Source: a virus (Duplodnaviria > Caudoviricetes). From it: DNA of 54,512 bases. This document shows, one piece after another, positions 1 to 9,696 of the stretch. Made by a program: the position numbers and the translations under genes. The stretch is taken from positions 1-54,512 of IMG/VR virus record IMGVR_UViG_3300021962_000134, one strand, 5' to 3'. The notes under the pieces were generated by a model. The model was given only the letters and a program-made list of their open reading frames with translations, did not search any database and was not told where the DNA came from. Each line of letters begins with the position of its first letter. The stretch's first letter is position 1.

Positions 1-288
1 GAATCTAGAACTTCTATGGTTGTCCGTATTAATGAAATGAACATGGATCAGGTGGCGGCAAACTTTGAGACAGTTTATGACGCACAGGCACAGGCGGTAG
101 CAGTGGCTTTAATGACAATGACCGCACCACAATACAAAGATTTAAAACAAATACCAGATGCCAAGTTTTACGACGATGTAACTATTAAAGATAACCGTAA
201 ATTTAAAGACAGGCTCTGGAGTTCTATATACCGAGACGAGAAAGTCTGGGCAGAAATGGTGGATTCGCAATATGAGTACGGAAATTAA
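1..288 (+). CDS. C-terminal fragment of a large exported protein; 5'-truncated, probably the same gene as 53764..54512
   Basis: Frame is open from base 1 (ESRTSMVVRIN...) to TAA at 286-288; overlaps the start of the next gene. Confidence 0.7.
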   Translation, partial: ESRTSMVVRINEMNMDQVAANFETVYDAQAQAVAVALMTMTAPQYKDLKQIPDAKFYDDVTIKDNRKFKDRLWSSIYRDEKVWAEMVDSQYEYGN

Positions 289-1018
289 TATTGGTGGTAT
301 AAAGCTGACTGGTGGCAGGATGTTCGCGGTTTTGACCGCTTTGGGCAGTGCCGCCGGTATTGTTTGGGGAGCTGCACTTTTCTGGGACGACTACGAAGGG
401 TTAAAATCAAAACTTCGTAATCTGGACCCAAAAGCCATTTCCACGCAAGTGGAAACATCTATGATTAAAGTCGAGGAGGCAATTGATTATGCTAGGGCTA
501 TTAAAGAAGATTTACGGGATGATGTTATCGGTGTTGAACAAGCTATGGATGATGTTGAAAATGCTATTCGGGATGTTGAAGGGCGCAATCGTCAAGCTAT
601 ATCAGAAGCTAAAGGGTATTTTGACGAGCGTGTTTCGTTAGTAGATTCCAGAGCGAAAGAAAACGAGATATCTAACCGTAAATATATACAAGAGTTGCAA
701 AAGCAATTTGATGGACGGTTAGATGCTCTTAACACTGCTGCTCGTGGTAATCAAAAAGATGACCAAAAAGCTATGCAAGATTTTAAAACGTGGTTTGAGG
801 GTAGGATAAAAACTGCTGAATCACAGTTTGCAGAGCAGATAAAAGCCGTTAGTGTTCAAATGAAAAACAACGAAGCGGATAATAGGCTGATGGTTGAGAA
901 CGCTCAAAAGTGGGTTGACGGACGGATTGTTTCAATGGATGCTCAGATGAAGGAATTAGAAGAGCGTATGAATAAACGGATTGACCGAGCCTTAACTAAC
1001 ATCTTGGCTGACCAATAA
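272..1018 (+). CDS. Membrane-anchored coiled-coil protein (N-terminal TM, long helical C-terminus)
   Basis: Hydrophobic segment MFAVLTALGSAAGIVWGAALFW followed by ~200 aa of charged heptad-like sequence; directly upstream of the holin. Confidence 0.75.
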   Translation: MSTEINIGGIKLTGGRMFAVLTALGSAAGIVWGAALFWDDYEGLKSKLRNLDPKAISTQVETSMIKVEEAIDYARAIKEDLRDDVIGVEQAMDDVENAIRDVEGRNRQAISEAKGYFDERVSLVDSRAKENEISNRKYIQELQKQFDGRLDALNTAARGNQKDDQKAMQDFKTWFEGRIKTAESQFAEQIKAVSVQMKNNEADNRLMVENAQKWVDGRIVSMDAQMKELEERMNKRIDRALTNILADQ

Positions 1019-1027
1019 GGAGGACAT

Positions 1028-1435
1028 ATGGCAATACCATTTTTAAGTTCATTAATTGAGCCAGTTACAGGGCTTTTAGATAAGGTCATTGAAGATAAAG
1101 ACCAGAAAGCGAAGTTAGCCCATGAAATTGCTACTATGGCTGATCGGCATGCACAAGAGCTGGCATTGGCTCAAGTCGAGGTTAACAAAGCCGAAGCAGC
1201 TAGTAATTCGACTTTTAAAGGCGGTTGGAGACCTTTCGTGGGTTGGGTTTGCGGTACTGCCTTTGCTTATCATTTCGTTATACAGCCTTTGGCTATTTTT
1301 GTTTTGGCTTATTACGGGCTTCAAACTCCTCCTCTACCTGATTTTGACATGGGTCAATTAATGACTGTGCTTATGGGTATGTTAGGTCTTGGCGGTTTGC
1401 GTAGTTTTGAGAAATACAAAGGAGTGACCAAGTAA
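1028..1435 (+). CDS. Holin, 3TM GTA-holin type
   Basis: GGWRPFVGWVCG and LMGMLGLGGLRSFEK motifs with TM segments; AAGGAGG RBS; next to the endolysin. Confidence 0.85.
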   Translation: MAIPFLSSLIEPVTGLLDKVIEDKDQKAKLAHEIATMADRHAQELALAQVEVNKAEAASNSTFKGGWRPFVGWVCGTAFAYHFVIQPLAIFVLAYYGLQTPPLPDFDMGQLMTVLMGMLGLGGLRSFEKYKGVTK

Positions 1436-1578
1436 TGGCCAAAGCATCTTTCAGCGAGAATGCCAGACCTAAAACCGATTTCAAACACAGGACTAGTATT
1501 GGTTACTCATCGAACTCGAGGCCAAGACATAAATACGCCAAAATGAGTTGGAAAAAATACAGAGGGCAAGGCAAATGA
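1435..1578 (+). CDS. Small basic protein, 47 aa, ending KKYRGQGK (not in the ORF track)
   Basis: ATG overlaps the holin stop (TAATG) and TGA overlaps the endolysin ATG; MAKASFSENARPKTDFKHRTSIGYSSNSRPRHKYAKMSWKKYRGQGK. Confidence 0.75.
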   Translation: MAKASFSENARPKTDFKHRTSIGYSSNSRPRHKYAKMSWKKYRGQGK

Positions 1579-2024
1579 GTTTTAAGCTATCCCAGCGCAG
1601 TATCGATAACTTAGACGGGGTCAAAAAAGACCTCGTCGATGTTGTTAAGCGAGCCATTGAAATTACGGAAATAGACTTTGGTGTTACCGAGGGTTTACGA
1701 ACGGTTGAAAAACAGCGAGAATTGTTCGAGAAGGGAGCCAGCCAAACGATGGCAAGTAAGCATATTACAGGTGATGCTGTAGATTTGGTTGCTTATATTG
1801 GACCAAAAGTGTGCTGGGAGCTTAACGTTTATGATGAAATTGCGGATGCGATGCGTCAGTCAGCAGAAGAACTCAATGTGAATTTGCGTTGGGGTGCTGC
1901 TTGGCACAAGAATCTGACTGGTTCCGGAATGACAGGTGAAGACCTAATGAACGAATATATTGATCTGCGTCGTTCGGAAGGGAAAAGACCTTTTATCGAT
2001 GCACCACACTTTGAGTTAGCCTAA
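1575..2024 (+). CDS. Endolysin, M15-family (L-Ala-D-Glu type) peptidase
   Basis: EGLRT..Q, SKH..G.AVD and D.PHFEL zinc-peptidase motifs; start placed at ATG 1575 (MSFKLSQRS) rather than TTG 1548. Confidence 0.88.
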   Translation: MSFKLSQRSIDNLDGVKKDLVDVVKRAIEITEIDFGVTEGLRTVEKQRELFEKGASQTMASKHITGDAVDLVAYIGPKVCWELNVYDEIADAMRQSAEELNVNLRWGAAWHKNLTGSGMTGEDLMNEYIDLRRSEGKRPFIDAPHFELA

Positions 2025-3904
2025 TGCCATTAAAACTATTTAAATTTCAGCCAGGAATTGTTAAAGACATAACTCCGTACAGTGCTGGTAAAAATGGCCC
2101 TTTCTGGACAGACTCTAACAATGTCCGGTTTGTTAACGGTTACCCACAAAAGATTGGTGGCTGGACCGAGGAAGGTATGTACCATTCTTCTGAAGGTTAT
2201 GGGGTTGAAGTAGTCCCATACGGAGTTCCTAGAAATCTTCAATATTGGACTGCTTTTTCTGATGGGTTAGGGTATTTAGGGATAGGAACTCATAACCATC
2301 TTTATATAACTTATCAGCTGTTGCTGTATGACATCACACCAGTTCGAGCAACTCAGGCTGGGCTTTCTGACCCATTCACGACGGTTGACACCAGCTCTGT
2401 GGTGACAGTGGCGGATACAGGTCATGGCGCATCAGACGGAGACTGGGTTGTATTTTCTGGGGCAAGTGCCACAAACGGTATTCCAGCCGAGACAATTAAT
2501 GACGTTTACGGGTATCAATTAACATATGTGGATGCAAACTCTTACACTGTGGATTTTGGGGTTGCTGCAACATCCTCTGGATCTGGCGGTGGAACAGTCA
2601 CAGCTACTTACTTAATTGGGGCTGCTGCTGGGCTTGGTGTCAGAACTTCTCTACCTAATGCTGGTTGGGGCGTGAGCACTTGGGGAACTTCAACATGGGG
2701 AACCCCGAGAACAATATCTGTTAGCTCAGTTGAGAACTCTCAATGGTCATTGGTTAACTGGGGCGAAGATTTAATAGCTTTGGTCAGGAATAATGCTCTT
2801 TATTATTGGGACACAAGCGCAGGTCCAAGTGCTCGAGCAGTTTTAGTATCTGGGCTTGTTGGGGCTTCTGACGTTCCGGCTGCAAGCAAATTTGCTACGG
2901 TTTCTTTCCCAGACAGACATTTGGTCTGTGGCGGATGTACGCCAGTAGGCGGTGGAGCACAAGAGCCAATGCTGGTCAGGTGGTCGGATCAAGAGAATTT
3001 TAAAGATTGGACTCCAACCTCGACCAACACAGCTGGTGATCAACAATTAGAAATTGGCACAAAAATAGTTTCAATGGTTCCAACCAGAGACGAAACATTT
3101 ATCGCTACAGACGAAGCTGTTTACGGTATGAACTTTGTTGGCCCACCATTCACCTTTGCCTTCAGGTTAGTGGGTACTAACTGTGGGGCGGTTGGTAGAA
3201 ATGTCGTGGCTAATGTCGATGGAAGTATTTACTGGATGGGCCGAGACACATTCTTCTTCTACAATGGTGCAATGTCAGAATTGTCTTGTCCGGTTAAATT
3301 CTATGTATTTGATAGGGCGAACTTATATTATGCGGACAAATTCTTTGTGGCTCATAACAAGAAGTTCAATGAGGTTACTTGGTATTACGTCAGCCAAGAT
3401 CAAGTTGCTACAAACCCGCTTGACCCAGAACCAGACTCTTATGTGACTTTTAATTACGAGCTTAATGTTTGGTCGATAGGACAAATGAATCGTACTTGTT
3501 GGAATGATTCGATAGGAACTAGATTATTCCCGTTTGCGTTCACTTATGACGGGTATCAATACAACCATGAAGATGGAACAAATGCTGACGGGGCAGCTCT
3601 TGGGGCTTATATACAAAGTTCCCCGATGGAGATATCTCAGGATGGGGATTTCTTAATGCTGGTAGACAAAGTTATACCAGATGCGACCATGACAGGAGAC
3701 TTAAATCTGACGATAACGTCAGAAAAGTACCCAAATGGCACTGTAACGACCAAAGGACCATTTTCTTTTAACTCAGATTCAAATAAAATAAGTGTTAGAG
3801 TTAAAGGTCGCCAGATGGCTTTAAAGTTCGAGAACACAGGAACTGATGAGTCGTGGGAGCTTGGAGATTTCCGAGCCAACATTAGACAGGATGGTCTCAG
3901 ATGA
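2024..3904 (+). CDS. Tail hub/nozzle-like virion protein (P22 gp10 / tail tubular B-like)
   Basis: 626 aa, beta-rich, VRF..G.P.KIGGW and VRWSDQEN motifs; sits upstream of the ejection-protein genes. Confidence 0.65.
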   Translation: MPLKLFKFQPGIVKDITPYSAGKNGPFWTDSNNVRFVNGYPQKIGGWTEEGMYHSSEGYGVEVVPYGVPRNLQYWTAFSDGLGYLGIGTHNHLYITYQLLLYDITPVRATQAGLSDPFTTVDTSSVVTVADTGHGASDGDWVVFSGASATNGIPAETINDVYGYQLTYVDANSYTVDFGVAATSSGSGGGTVTATYLIGAAAGLGVRTSLPNAGWGVSTWGTSTWGTPRTISVSSVENSQWSLVNWGEDLIALVRNNALYYWDTSAGPSARAVLVSGLVGASDVPAASKFATVSFPDRHLVCGGCTPVGGGAQEPMLVRWSDQENFKDWTPTSTNTAGDQQLEIGTKIVSMVPTRDETFIATDEAVYGMNFVGPPFTFAFRLVGTNCGAVGRNVVANVDGSIYWMGRDTFFFYNGAMSELSCPVKFYVFDRANLYYADKFFVAHNKKFNEVTWYYVSQDQVATNPLDPEPDSYVTFNYELNVWSIGQMNRTCWNDSIGTRLFPFAFTYDGYQYNHEDGTNADGAALGAYIQSSPMEISQDGDFLMLVDKVIPDATMTGDLNLTITSEKYPNGTVTTKGPFSFNSDSNKISVRVKGRQMALKFENTGTDESWELGDFRANIRQDGLR

Positions 3905-4149
3905 GTGTATTGAACATCAGATTGCCAACACCTCCCAAAGAATGGGATGAAAATTGGGGTAGAAGGTTAGTCAGCACTATTGAGCTTCAAATTAAATATT
4001 TAGACTCGACTGCTTCTCCAGAGCCTTATATTGTTTCAAATGTTACTACAGACAGGACTTACGACGCAGATTCCACGACCCTAGCTGAAATTGCAGATGT
4101 TTTGGGCACTTTAATAACAGATTTAAAGAATAAAGGAGTTATAAGCTGA
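3901..4149 (+). CDS. Small putative virion protein
   Basis: Overlap-coupled to both neighbours; LPTPP.EW motif. Confidence 0.6.
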   Translation: MSVLNIRLPTPPKEWDENWGRRLVSTIELQIKYLDSTASPEPYIVSNVTTDRTYDADSTTLAEIADVLGTLITDLKNKGVIS

Positions 4150-5846
4150 TGGCTGTTAATGCATATAATTTATCAGAAACGCCTATAGTAGATCAGCTAG
4201 GCATACAAATGAGACCATTGGAAGGTCTTGAAGGAGTTGGCGCCCTTGGTGAACTTCCTCCTTATAAAGAAGGATATGACCCAAATATACAATTGGACAT
4301 TAAGAGGATGCCTGGACCAGATTACGTTGAGCAACAAGAAACCATACCGATTTATCAAATACAGTCTCAGACTCCAGACCCATATATTAATCTGCAAGAC
4401 GTATATGGAACATCATATATGCCGATGTTCGAGTGGGTTAAAAAGATACAGGTCGGTGAGAAGCTCTACGACCCTTTTTCTCCGGAAGATTCAGAGCTAG
4501 TAGAACAATATAAAGAATTTGTTGATAAATATGGTGTTCCAGAAGGATTGCCAGACCCATACGACTGGAAAGCAATAGGCAAAGAAGTCGGCAAAGCAAC
4601 CCTAGTCGCATCCGCACCATCAATAGCTGGGAACATATTAGGAGCTGCAACAGACCCATACATAACTGGTGGTGCTGGGGAAAGGTTCATGGCAGGAGCA
4701 AAACAATTTTTGCCATTCACAGACCCGTTGCCTTCAGAGATAGTTGGATTGGAAGCTGCAAAAGGCATGGACCTAGTCGGTAAGCTTGGTTCTAACGAAG
4801 TATTCATCCCAGAACTTGCCAACAAAGCAGCAGCAGAGGCTTCTGGTAACCTAAACCTTTATAACGCATTGAATGCTGGTGATGCATCTACCGCCGTTTT
4901 TAATCCAACTGGGATGCAGTTTCAAGCCGGTGCAAGGACTGTTGGTGGGCAACAAGTTTATAACGCAGATATACTGGCAAATAATGGTGTGTTTGCCAAC
5001 GCAGATGGTAGCGTAACTTTAGCAAAAGGCTCTGGTGCCAACATATCCAACATGAGCAAAGCTATCACAGCCAATACACAGCCTGTTGGATATTTGGCAG
5101 GAGTTAAAGATAAATTATATGGTGCTCAAGCTGGACAGACTTGGGGGCAAGCTGGAACTATGGCTCTAGTCAGTTTCGGTTTAAACGTAGCCACAGGCAT
5201 GAAACCAGTGGAAGCTGCAAAATCCGCAGGAGCATCAGCTGTGGCATATGCATTAGGAACTGCACTCTTTGGACCAGTTGGTGGCTGGATTGCTTCCACA
5301 GTTCTAGCCAAGCCTATCCAGAAAGCCGGATCAAAACTTGTTAAAGAAACCAAAGGTGCGCTAGATAGCGTCGGAGATTTCGTTGGTGATATATTCGGTG
5401 GTGCCGCAAGTGGATTTGAAAAAGCAGGTTCAGCAGTTTCTTCAGGACTTGGGAAAGTTGCTGACACTGTTTCGGACGTCGCTAAGAAAGTTACTGGCAG
5501 GGTTATCTGTAACGAACTACGTCGACAAGGATTGCTTGAGACCAAGCACGTTCTGCTCGATTACAAGTTCACCAAAGAACATCTCACTCCACAGCACGTT
5601 GCTGGATACCATTTCTGGGCTGTTAACGTTGTTAAACGTCTCAGAAAAGGCAAAGGTGTTAAGTTTTGGAAACACATCGCCGGACACAGAGCCAATGAGA
5701 TCGCGTATATCTACGGCGAGCGCGACAAGCCGGATTATCTGGGCAAGTTGTACAGGAAGATTTTTGAACCTGTTTGCTGGGGCATCGGGCTATTCTGCAA
5801 AGAAACAGATTGGTCCGTACTTTATGAAGATAAGGAGATTTGCTAA
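4149..5846 (+). CDS. Putative internal virion protein with C-terminal VICNEL/GYHxWA domain
   Basis: 565 aa; Gly/Ala-rich hydrophobic helices, then a discrete basic domain from 5502. Confidence 0.6.
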   Translation: MAVNAYNLSETPIVDQLGIQMRPLEGLEGVGALGELPPYKEGYDPNIQLDIKRMPGPDYVEQQETIPIYQIQSQTPDPYINLQDVYGTSYMPMFEWVKKIQVGEKLYDPFSPEDSELVEQYKEFVDKYGVPEGLPDPYDWKAIGKEVGKATLVASAPSIAGNILGAATDPYITGGAGERFMAGAKQFLPFTDPLPSEIVGLEAAKGMDLVGKLGSNEVFIPELANKAAAEASGNLNLYNALNAGDASTAVFNPTGMQFQAGARTVGGQQVYNADILANNGVFANADGSVTLAKGSGANISNMSKAITANTQPVGYLAGVKDKLYGAQAGQTWGQAGTMALVSFGLNVATGMKPVEAAKSAGASAVAYALGTALFGPVGGWIASTVLAKPIQKAGSKLVKETKGALDSVGDFVGDIFGGAASGFEKAGSAVSSGLGKVADTVSDVAKKVTGRVICNELRRQGLLETKHVLLDYKFTKEHLTPQHVAGYHFWAVNVVKRLRKGKGVKFWKHIAGHRANEIAYIYGERDKPDYLGKLYRKIFEPVCWGIGLFCKETDWSVLYEDKEIC

Positions 5847-6172
5847 TGGCAATGATGGAAGAACAAATGATGATGGAAGGCGCGTCTATGCCTAGAGGTG
5901 AAGGTATGCAGATGCCTAGCATGGAACAGGCTATCCCGCCAGAAGCGATGCAGATGATGATGCAACCGGATGACGCAATAACTTCTGTGCTTTTGGTCAG
6001 ACTTAACAGCATGACGGAACAGGATTTGGCTCTTTTGGATAAAGTTATAACCAAAGAGGCAGCACCAGTTTTAATGAAGTTGTTACCAGAGTTCAAAGAT
6101 ATATTTGAAGCAATCTCAGCCAGAGAAGAACAACCAGAAGGATCAGATATGGGAGCACTGGGCGGTCTTTAA
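5846..6172 (+). CDS. Hypothetical Met-rich acidic protein
   Basis: AAGGAG RBS and TAATG overlap at 5846; ends MGALGGL. Confidence 0.7.
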   Translation: MAMMEEQMMMEGASMPRGEGMQMPSMEQAIPPEAMQMMMQPDDAITSVLLVRLNSMTEQDLALLDKVITKEAAPVLMKLLPEFKDIFEAISAREEQPEGSDMGALGGL

Positions 6173-6612
6173 TGCAAATTAGAAGGGCAAACATTTTAGA
6201 CATTAGCCCGTTGCTCGCTATGTTATACACAATGCATAACGAGACAGAAATTAAAGTTCCGGAGATAAATCCGGCAAAACTCTCGGTAAAGGTCAATGAC
6301 GCTATAAACCGAGGGGCTGTAGTTGTGGCTATGAATGACCAAAATAAGTTGTTAGGATCAATTGGCGGTATCGTAAGTAGCGATTGGTGGTCAGAGGAAA
6401 CATTCCTAGCAGATATGTGGTTTTATGTTTACCCGATGCATCGTAGTAGTTCAGCAGCAATAAAGTTGGTTAAGGAGTTTTTAAAAATAGGGCAAGAGGC
6501 TAAACTTCCAGTAAGATTAGGTCATATCTTCTCGGGAGACTTGGACCGTAAAGACAAGTTATTTGAGCGTCTTGGTTTAATTAAAGCTGGTTGCGTTTTC
6601 GTGGAGAGTTAA
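6172..6612 (+). CDS. GNAT-family acetyltransferase
   Basis: MQIRRA..DI start, FYVYP.HR acyl-CoA motif, LFERLG end. Confidence 0.8.
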   Translation: MQIRRANILDISPLLAMLYTMHNETEIKVPEINPAKLSVKVNDAINRGAVVVAMNDQNKLLGSIGGIVSSDWWSEETFLADMWFYVYPMHRSSSAAIKLVKEFLKIGQEAKLPVRLGHIFSGDLDRKDKLFERLGLIKAGCVFVES

Positions 6613-7599
6613 ATGGGCGGTTTATGTACAACTGGGGTTGAGACCCTACCAGATCCAAGGCTGGTTATTACCGGAACAGAGATACCTGAGTGGGTGTCGG
6701 CTGGCGGTCAAAAACTTTTCCAACAGGCAGCATCACTAGCTGAAAGTCCTTACCCGACTTACACAGGTCCAAGGATCGCGAGCTACGACGGATCGAAGCT
6801 GACCGCCGAGGAACGGCAAGCTGCACAAATGCTGACCGAAGGGGCTACCAGCTACCAACCTTATATTGACGAGTCTTATGCGAGAAGCATGCAGTTAGGT
6901 CAGGGTTATAACCCGATGACTGCTGAACAGCTCATGGGACAGCAATTCAGTATTGAAGAGGCACAGCCTTATATAGATATGTACCAAAGGGCGATGGACC
7001 CTGCGGTTGAAGAGATACAAAGACAGCTGGATCGTAAACTGATCGCTGACCGAGCAAAGGCAGTTGGGTCAGGCGCATTCGGCGGATCTCGGGCATACAT
7101 TGGTGAGATCGAATCAGCTGGTGAGGCAGCACGATCTGCGGCAGCATTAAGAAAACAGGCTGGGGTTGAAGGTTTAGGTTTTGCAGCTCAACAGCGAGAA
7201 CAAGACCGAGCAGCTAGGTTCGGAGCAGAGCAGGCACGACGTGGTGCTTACGAAACCGAAGAATCAGCCAGAATCAGTGCAGCTCAACAGATCGGACAAT
7301 TTGCTCCGGTGATACAAGGCTTACAGCAACAAGCAGCATCTGGACTTTTGAGCGCAGGGGAAGCAAAACGAACGCTCGATCAGATGGCTCTCGACTTGGC
7401 ATATGCAGATTATGTCGAGCAACGTGAGTACCCGTTCCAGATGGTTAACTACGCGCTGGGAGCATTGAAGGGTGTTCCATATGAAACAACCCAGACGAGC
7501 TTGCAACAAGGTCAGCAATACATTCAGACGCCTAGCATTTACGGTCAAACAATTGGTGGGCTTGGAGCTCTCGCTAGTGCTTACTACTTGAACCGATAA
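6613..7599 (+). CDS. DNA pilot/ejection protein
   Basis: MGG start, Ala/Gln-rich helices, GAFGGSR motif and C-terminal GGLGALAS; position among internal virion genes. Confidence 0.65.
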   Translation: MGGLCTTGVETLPDPRLVITGTEIPEWVSAGGQKLFQQAASLAESPYPTYTGPRIASYDGSKLTAEERQAAQMLTEGATSYQPYIDESYARSMQLGQGYNPMTAEQLMGQQFSIEEAQPYIDMYQRAMDPAVEEIQRQLDRKLIADRAKAVGSGAFGGSRAYIGEIESAGEAARSAAALRKQAGVEGLGFAAQQREQDRAARFGAEQARRGAYETEESARISAAQQIGQFAPVIQGLQQQAASGLLSAGEAKRTLDQMALDLAYADYVEQREYPFQMVNYALGALKGVPYETTQTSLQQGQQYIQTPSIYGQTIGGLGALASAYYLNR

Positions 7600-7611
7600 T
7601 AAGGAAACACG

Positions 7612-9696
7612 ATGGCTTCATACGAAGATATCAGGAATAAAAGAGAAACCCTACAGAGAACTGCTAGGGATCTTGATTTCTCATTGAATCAAATAGATCG
7701 AAGGCTTCCTGTTTCTAGAATGGCGATGGGGACTTTTTCTAGCCCAACGCGATCTAAAGAAGCTCGTTATGAAACGATGTTGAGGCAATATGAGATATTG
7801 GAAAATCAATATAAATCTTTGGCACAACGACCAGAAACAAAAGCCCAAGCTGTAGCATTACAGCCACAGATATTAGAGTTGCGCTCAGAAATCGCAAGGC
7901 TCTCGCCAGATATAAATATTGGCGGGTATCCTCAAGGAAAGTTAAAGATTGCTCCAGTTAAAGCACTGGAAGCAAAAACGCTGGGTGCTCCGGCTTTACA
8001 ACCTTTAGAGCGCGAAGGATACGTTTTTAATCCAGAAACAAATCTTCTGGAGCCTACTGAAGAAACAATAAAGAAAGAATTAGGAACAAACACTGGTGCA
8101 GTCTTACAAACAGAACAAGCGGATTATGTTCCAAAATTTTCTGGTCAAATGGTATCTGGATTGCCATTCGCAGACCAATCATTGGAAAAGCCACTCGAAA
8201 ATCCACGTTCAGAAATCGAGGCAAACAGCGCAAGACCAGCAGATGGAGTTCTTTCTGCAGAGAGAATGTTGTTGCCGCAAGAAGAGCCACAACAAGATTT
8301 TGGAGTTTCCGGAACACGGTTCGAGGATTTATCAGAAGGTGCACTCGCGGCACTCGGCGGAGCAAGCAACCTTGGGTACGCTATGGAGATCGCAAAAGCA
8401 CTACAACCAGAATACAAAGGGATTGATCCGGCTTTGTTGGCGTTTCAGTTCTTCACAAATATGGCAGCAGAGGCAAGCAAGCCAGGAGCAACAGCTCTAG
8501 GAGCTGCAAGCACAGCTTCATTGGAGCCAGCCAAGTATCTGATGGAAGATTACAAACGTAAAAGAGATGCTGAAGATGCCTTAACGGCTAATGCCTTAAA
8601 AGTTGCAGAATTTATAAAGCCAGAAAAAGGCACAGGTGTTGGCCAGAATTTCAAAAAAATTGGTCCAGTGACTAATGAAGACGGAACTTTGGTCAGGAAC
8701 ACAGAAGGCGCAGTAATGTTCCGGTATCAAGTAACCGATAATGCTGGCAACCCGATCGGGGTAGTAGATCAGCCAGACCCAGGAACAATTGAAAAGCCAG
8801 ATAGAACTATTAAGACTGTTGGTTCAGGAACTCTGGCAAAATACATGACCCGAGAGGATGCGATTGAGTTCGTTAAAGGTCAAGGGATGTCGGAAGAAAA
8901 TACGAACTTCCAAACAAACGTCGATATGTTAACTGCACCGAACGACGAGATGGTTGGCAAAACTATCACAGACGGTGGTGTTTATTTAGAGATTGTCCCA
9001 CTCGCGAAAGGTGGTGAAGTAATCAATCTTCAGCTAACACCATCAAAAACTGCTGCAGCACCTTATTTCACAACGTATGTAGAAAAGCGTCTGCCGCTGA
9101 TTGCAAAAGCAACAGACACATATAATACAACTGCTCGTGAAGTTCTTCCGAGGGTTGACGAAGCTATGTTGTTGCTGAAATCCGGTAAAGTGCAAACAGG
9201 AAGATTACAGCAAGCATTGTTGCCACTCAAGCAAACATTTAATCAGTTGTTTGGTATAAATGATCCTGAGATTATGGGACTTGAATCATTACAAGCAACC
9301 TCTAATTTCTTGGCTCCAAAAATGCGTCCAGTCGGTTCAGGTTCAACTTCCGACATGGAATTCCGTGCATACCAGCAAGCTGCATTATTTATCGGCAACA
9401 CTCCCGAAGCTAACTACATCTCTCTGTACGCTTTCAAAAAGATGGCAGAAAACGGGGTACGTCTGAATCAGCTCGAGCAAGAATTGCTGACTTCTGGTGA
9501 ATATAACAACATGGCAGCTGTTAACAAACAGCTTAATAATTTCGATTCTGGAATATTTGAAAAATACACAGGCGACCCAGACGATCAAAAAGCTGTACAA
9601 AAGTGGTACGACAGTCTGCCAGACGGAGCTGTTATCATAAACAATGATATATTCGACACAGACGACATTTACATCATTAAAGGTTGGGGTGAATAA
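7612..9696 (+). CDS. Internal virion (ejection) protein
   Basis: 694 aa, helical, GSGSTSD.E motif near the C-terminus; position. Confidence 0.55.
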   Translation: MASYEDIRNKRETLQRTARDLDFSLNQIDRRLPVSRMAMGTFSSPTRSKEARYETMLRQYEILENQYKSLAQRPETKAQAVALQPQILELRSEIARLSPDINIGGYPQGKLKIAPVKALEAKTLGAPALQPLEREGYVFNPETNLLEPTEETIKKELGTNTGAVLQTEQADYVPKFSGQMVSGLPFADQSLEKPLENPRSEIEANSARPADGVLSAERMLLPQEEPQQDFGVSGTRFEDLSEGALAALGGASNLGYAMEIAKALQPEYKGIDPALLAFQFFTNMAAEASKPGATALGAASTASLEPAKYLMEDYKRKRDAEDALTANALKVAEFIKPEKGTGVGQNFKKIGPVTNEDGTLVRNTEGAVMFRYQVTDNAGNPIGVVDQPDPGTIEKPDRTIKTVGSGTLAKYMTREDAIEFVKGQGMSEENTNFQTNVDMLTAPNDEMVGKTITDGGVYLEIVPLAKGGEVINLQLTPSKTAAAPYFTTYVEKRLPLIAKATDTYNTTAREVLPRVDEAMLLLKSGKVQTGRLQQALLPLKQTFNQLFGINDPEIMGLESLQATSNFLAPKMRPVGSGSTSDMEFRAYQQAALFIGNTPEANYISLYAFKKMAENGVRLNQLEQELLTSGEYNNMAAVNKQLNNFDSGIFEKYTGDPDDQKAVQKWYDSLPDGAVIINNDIFDTDDIYIIKGWGE

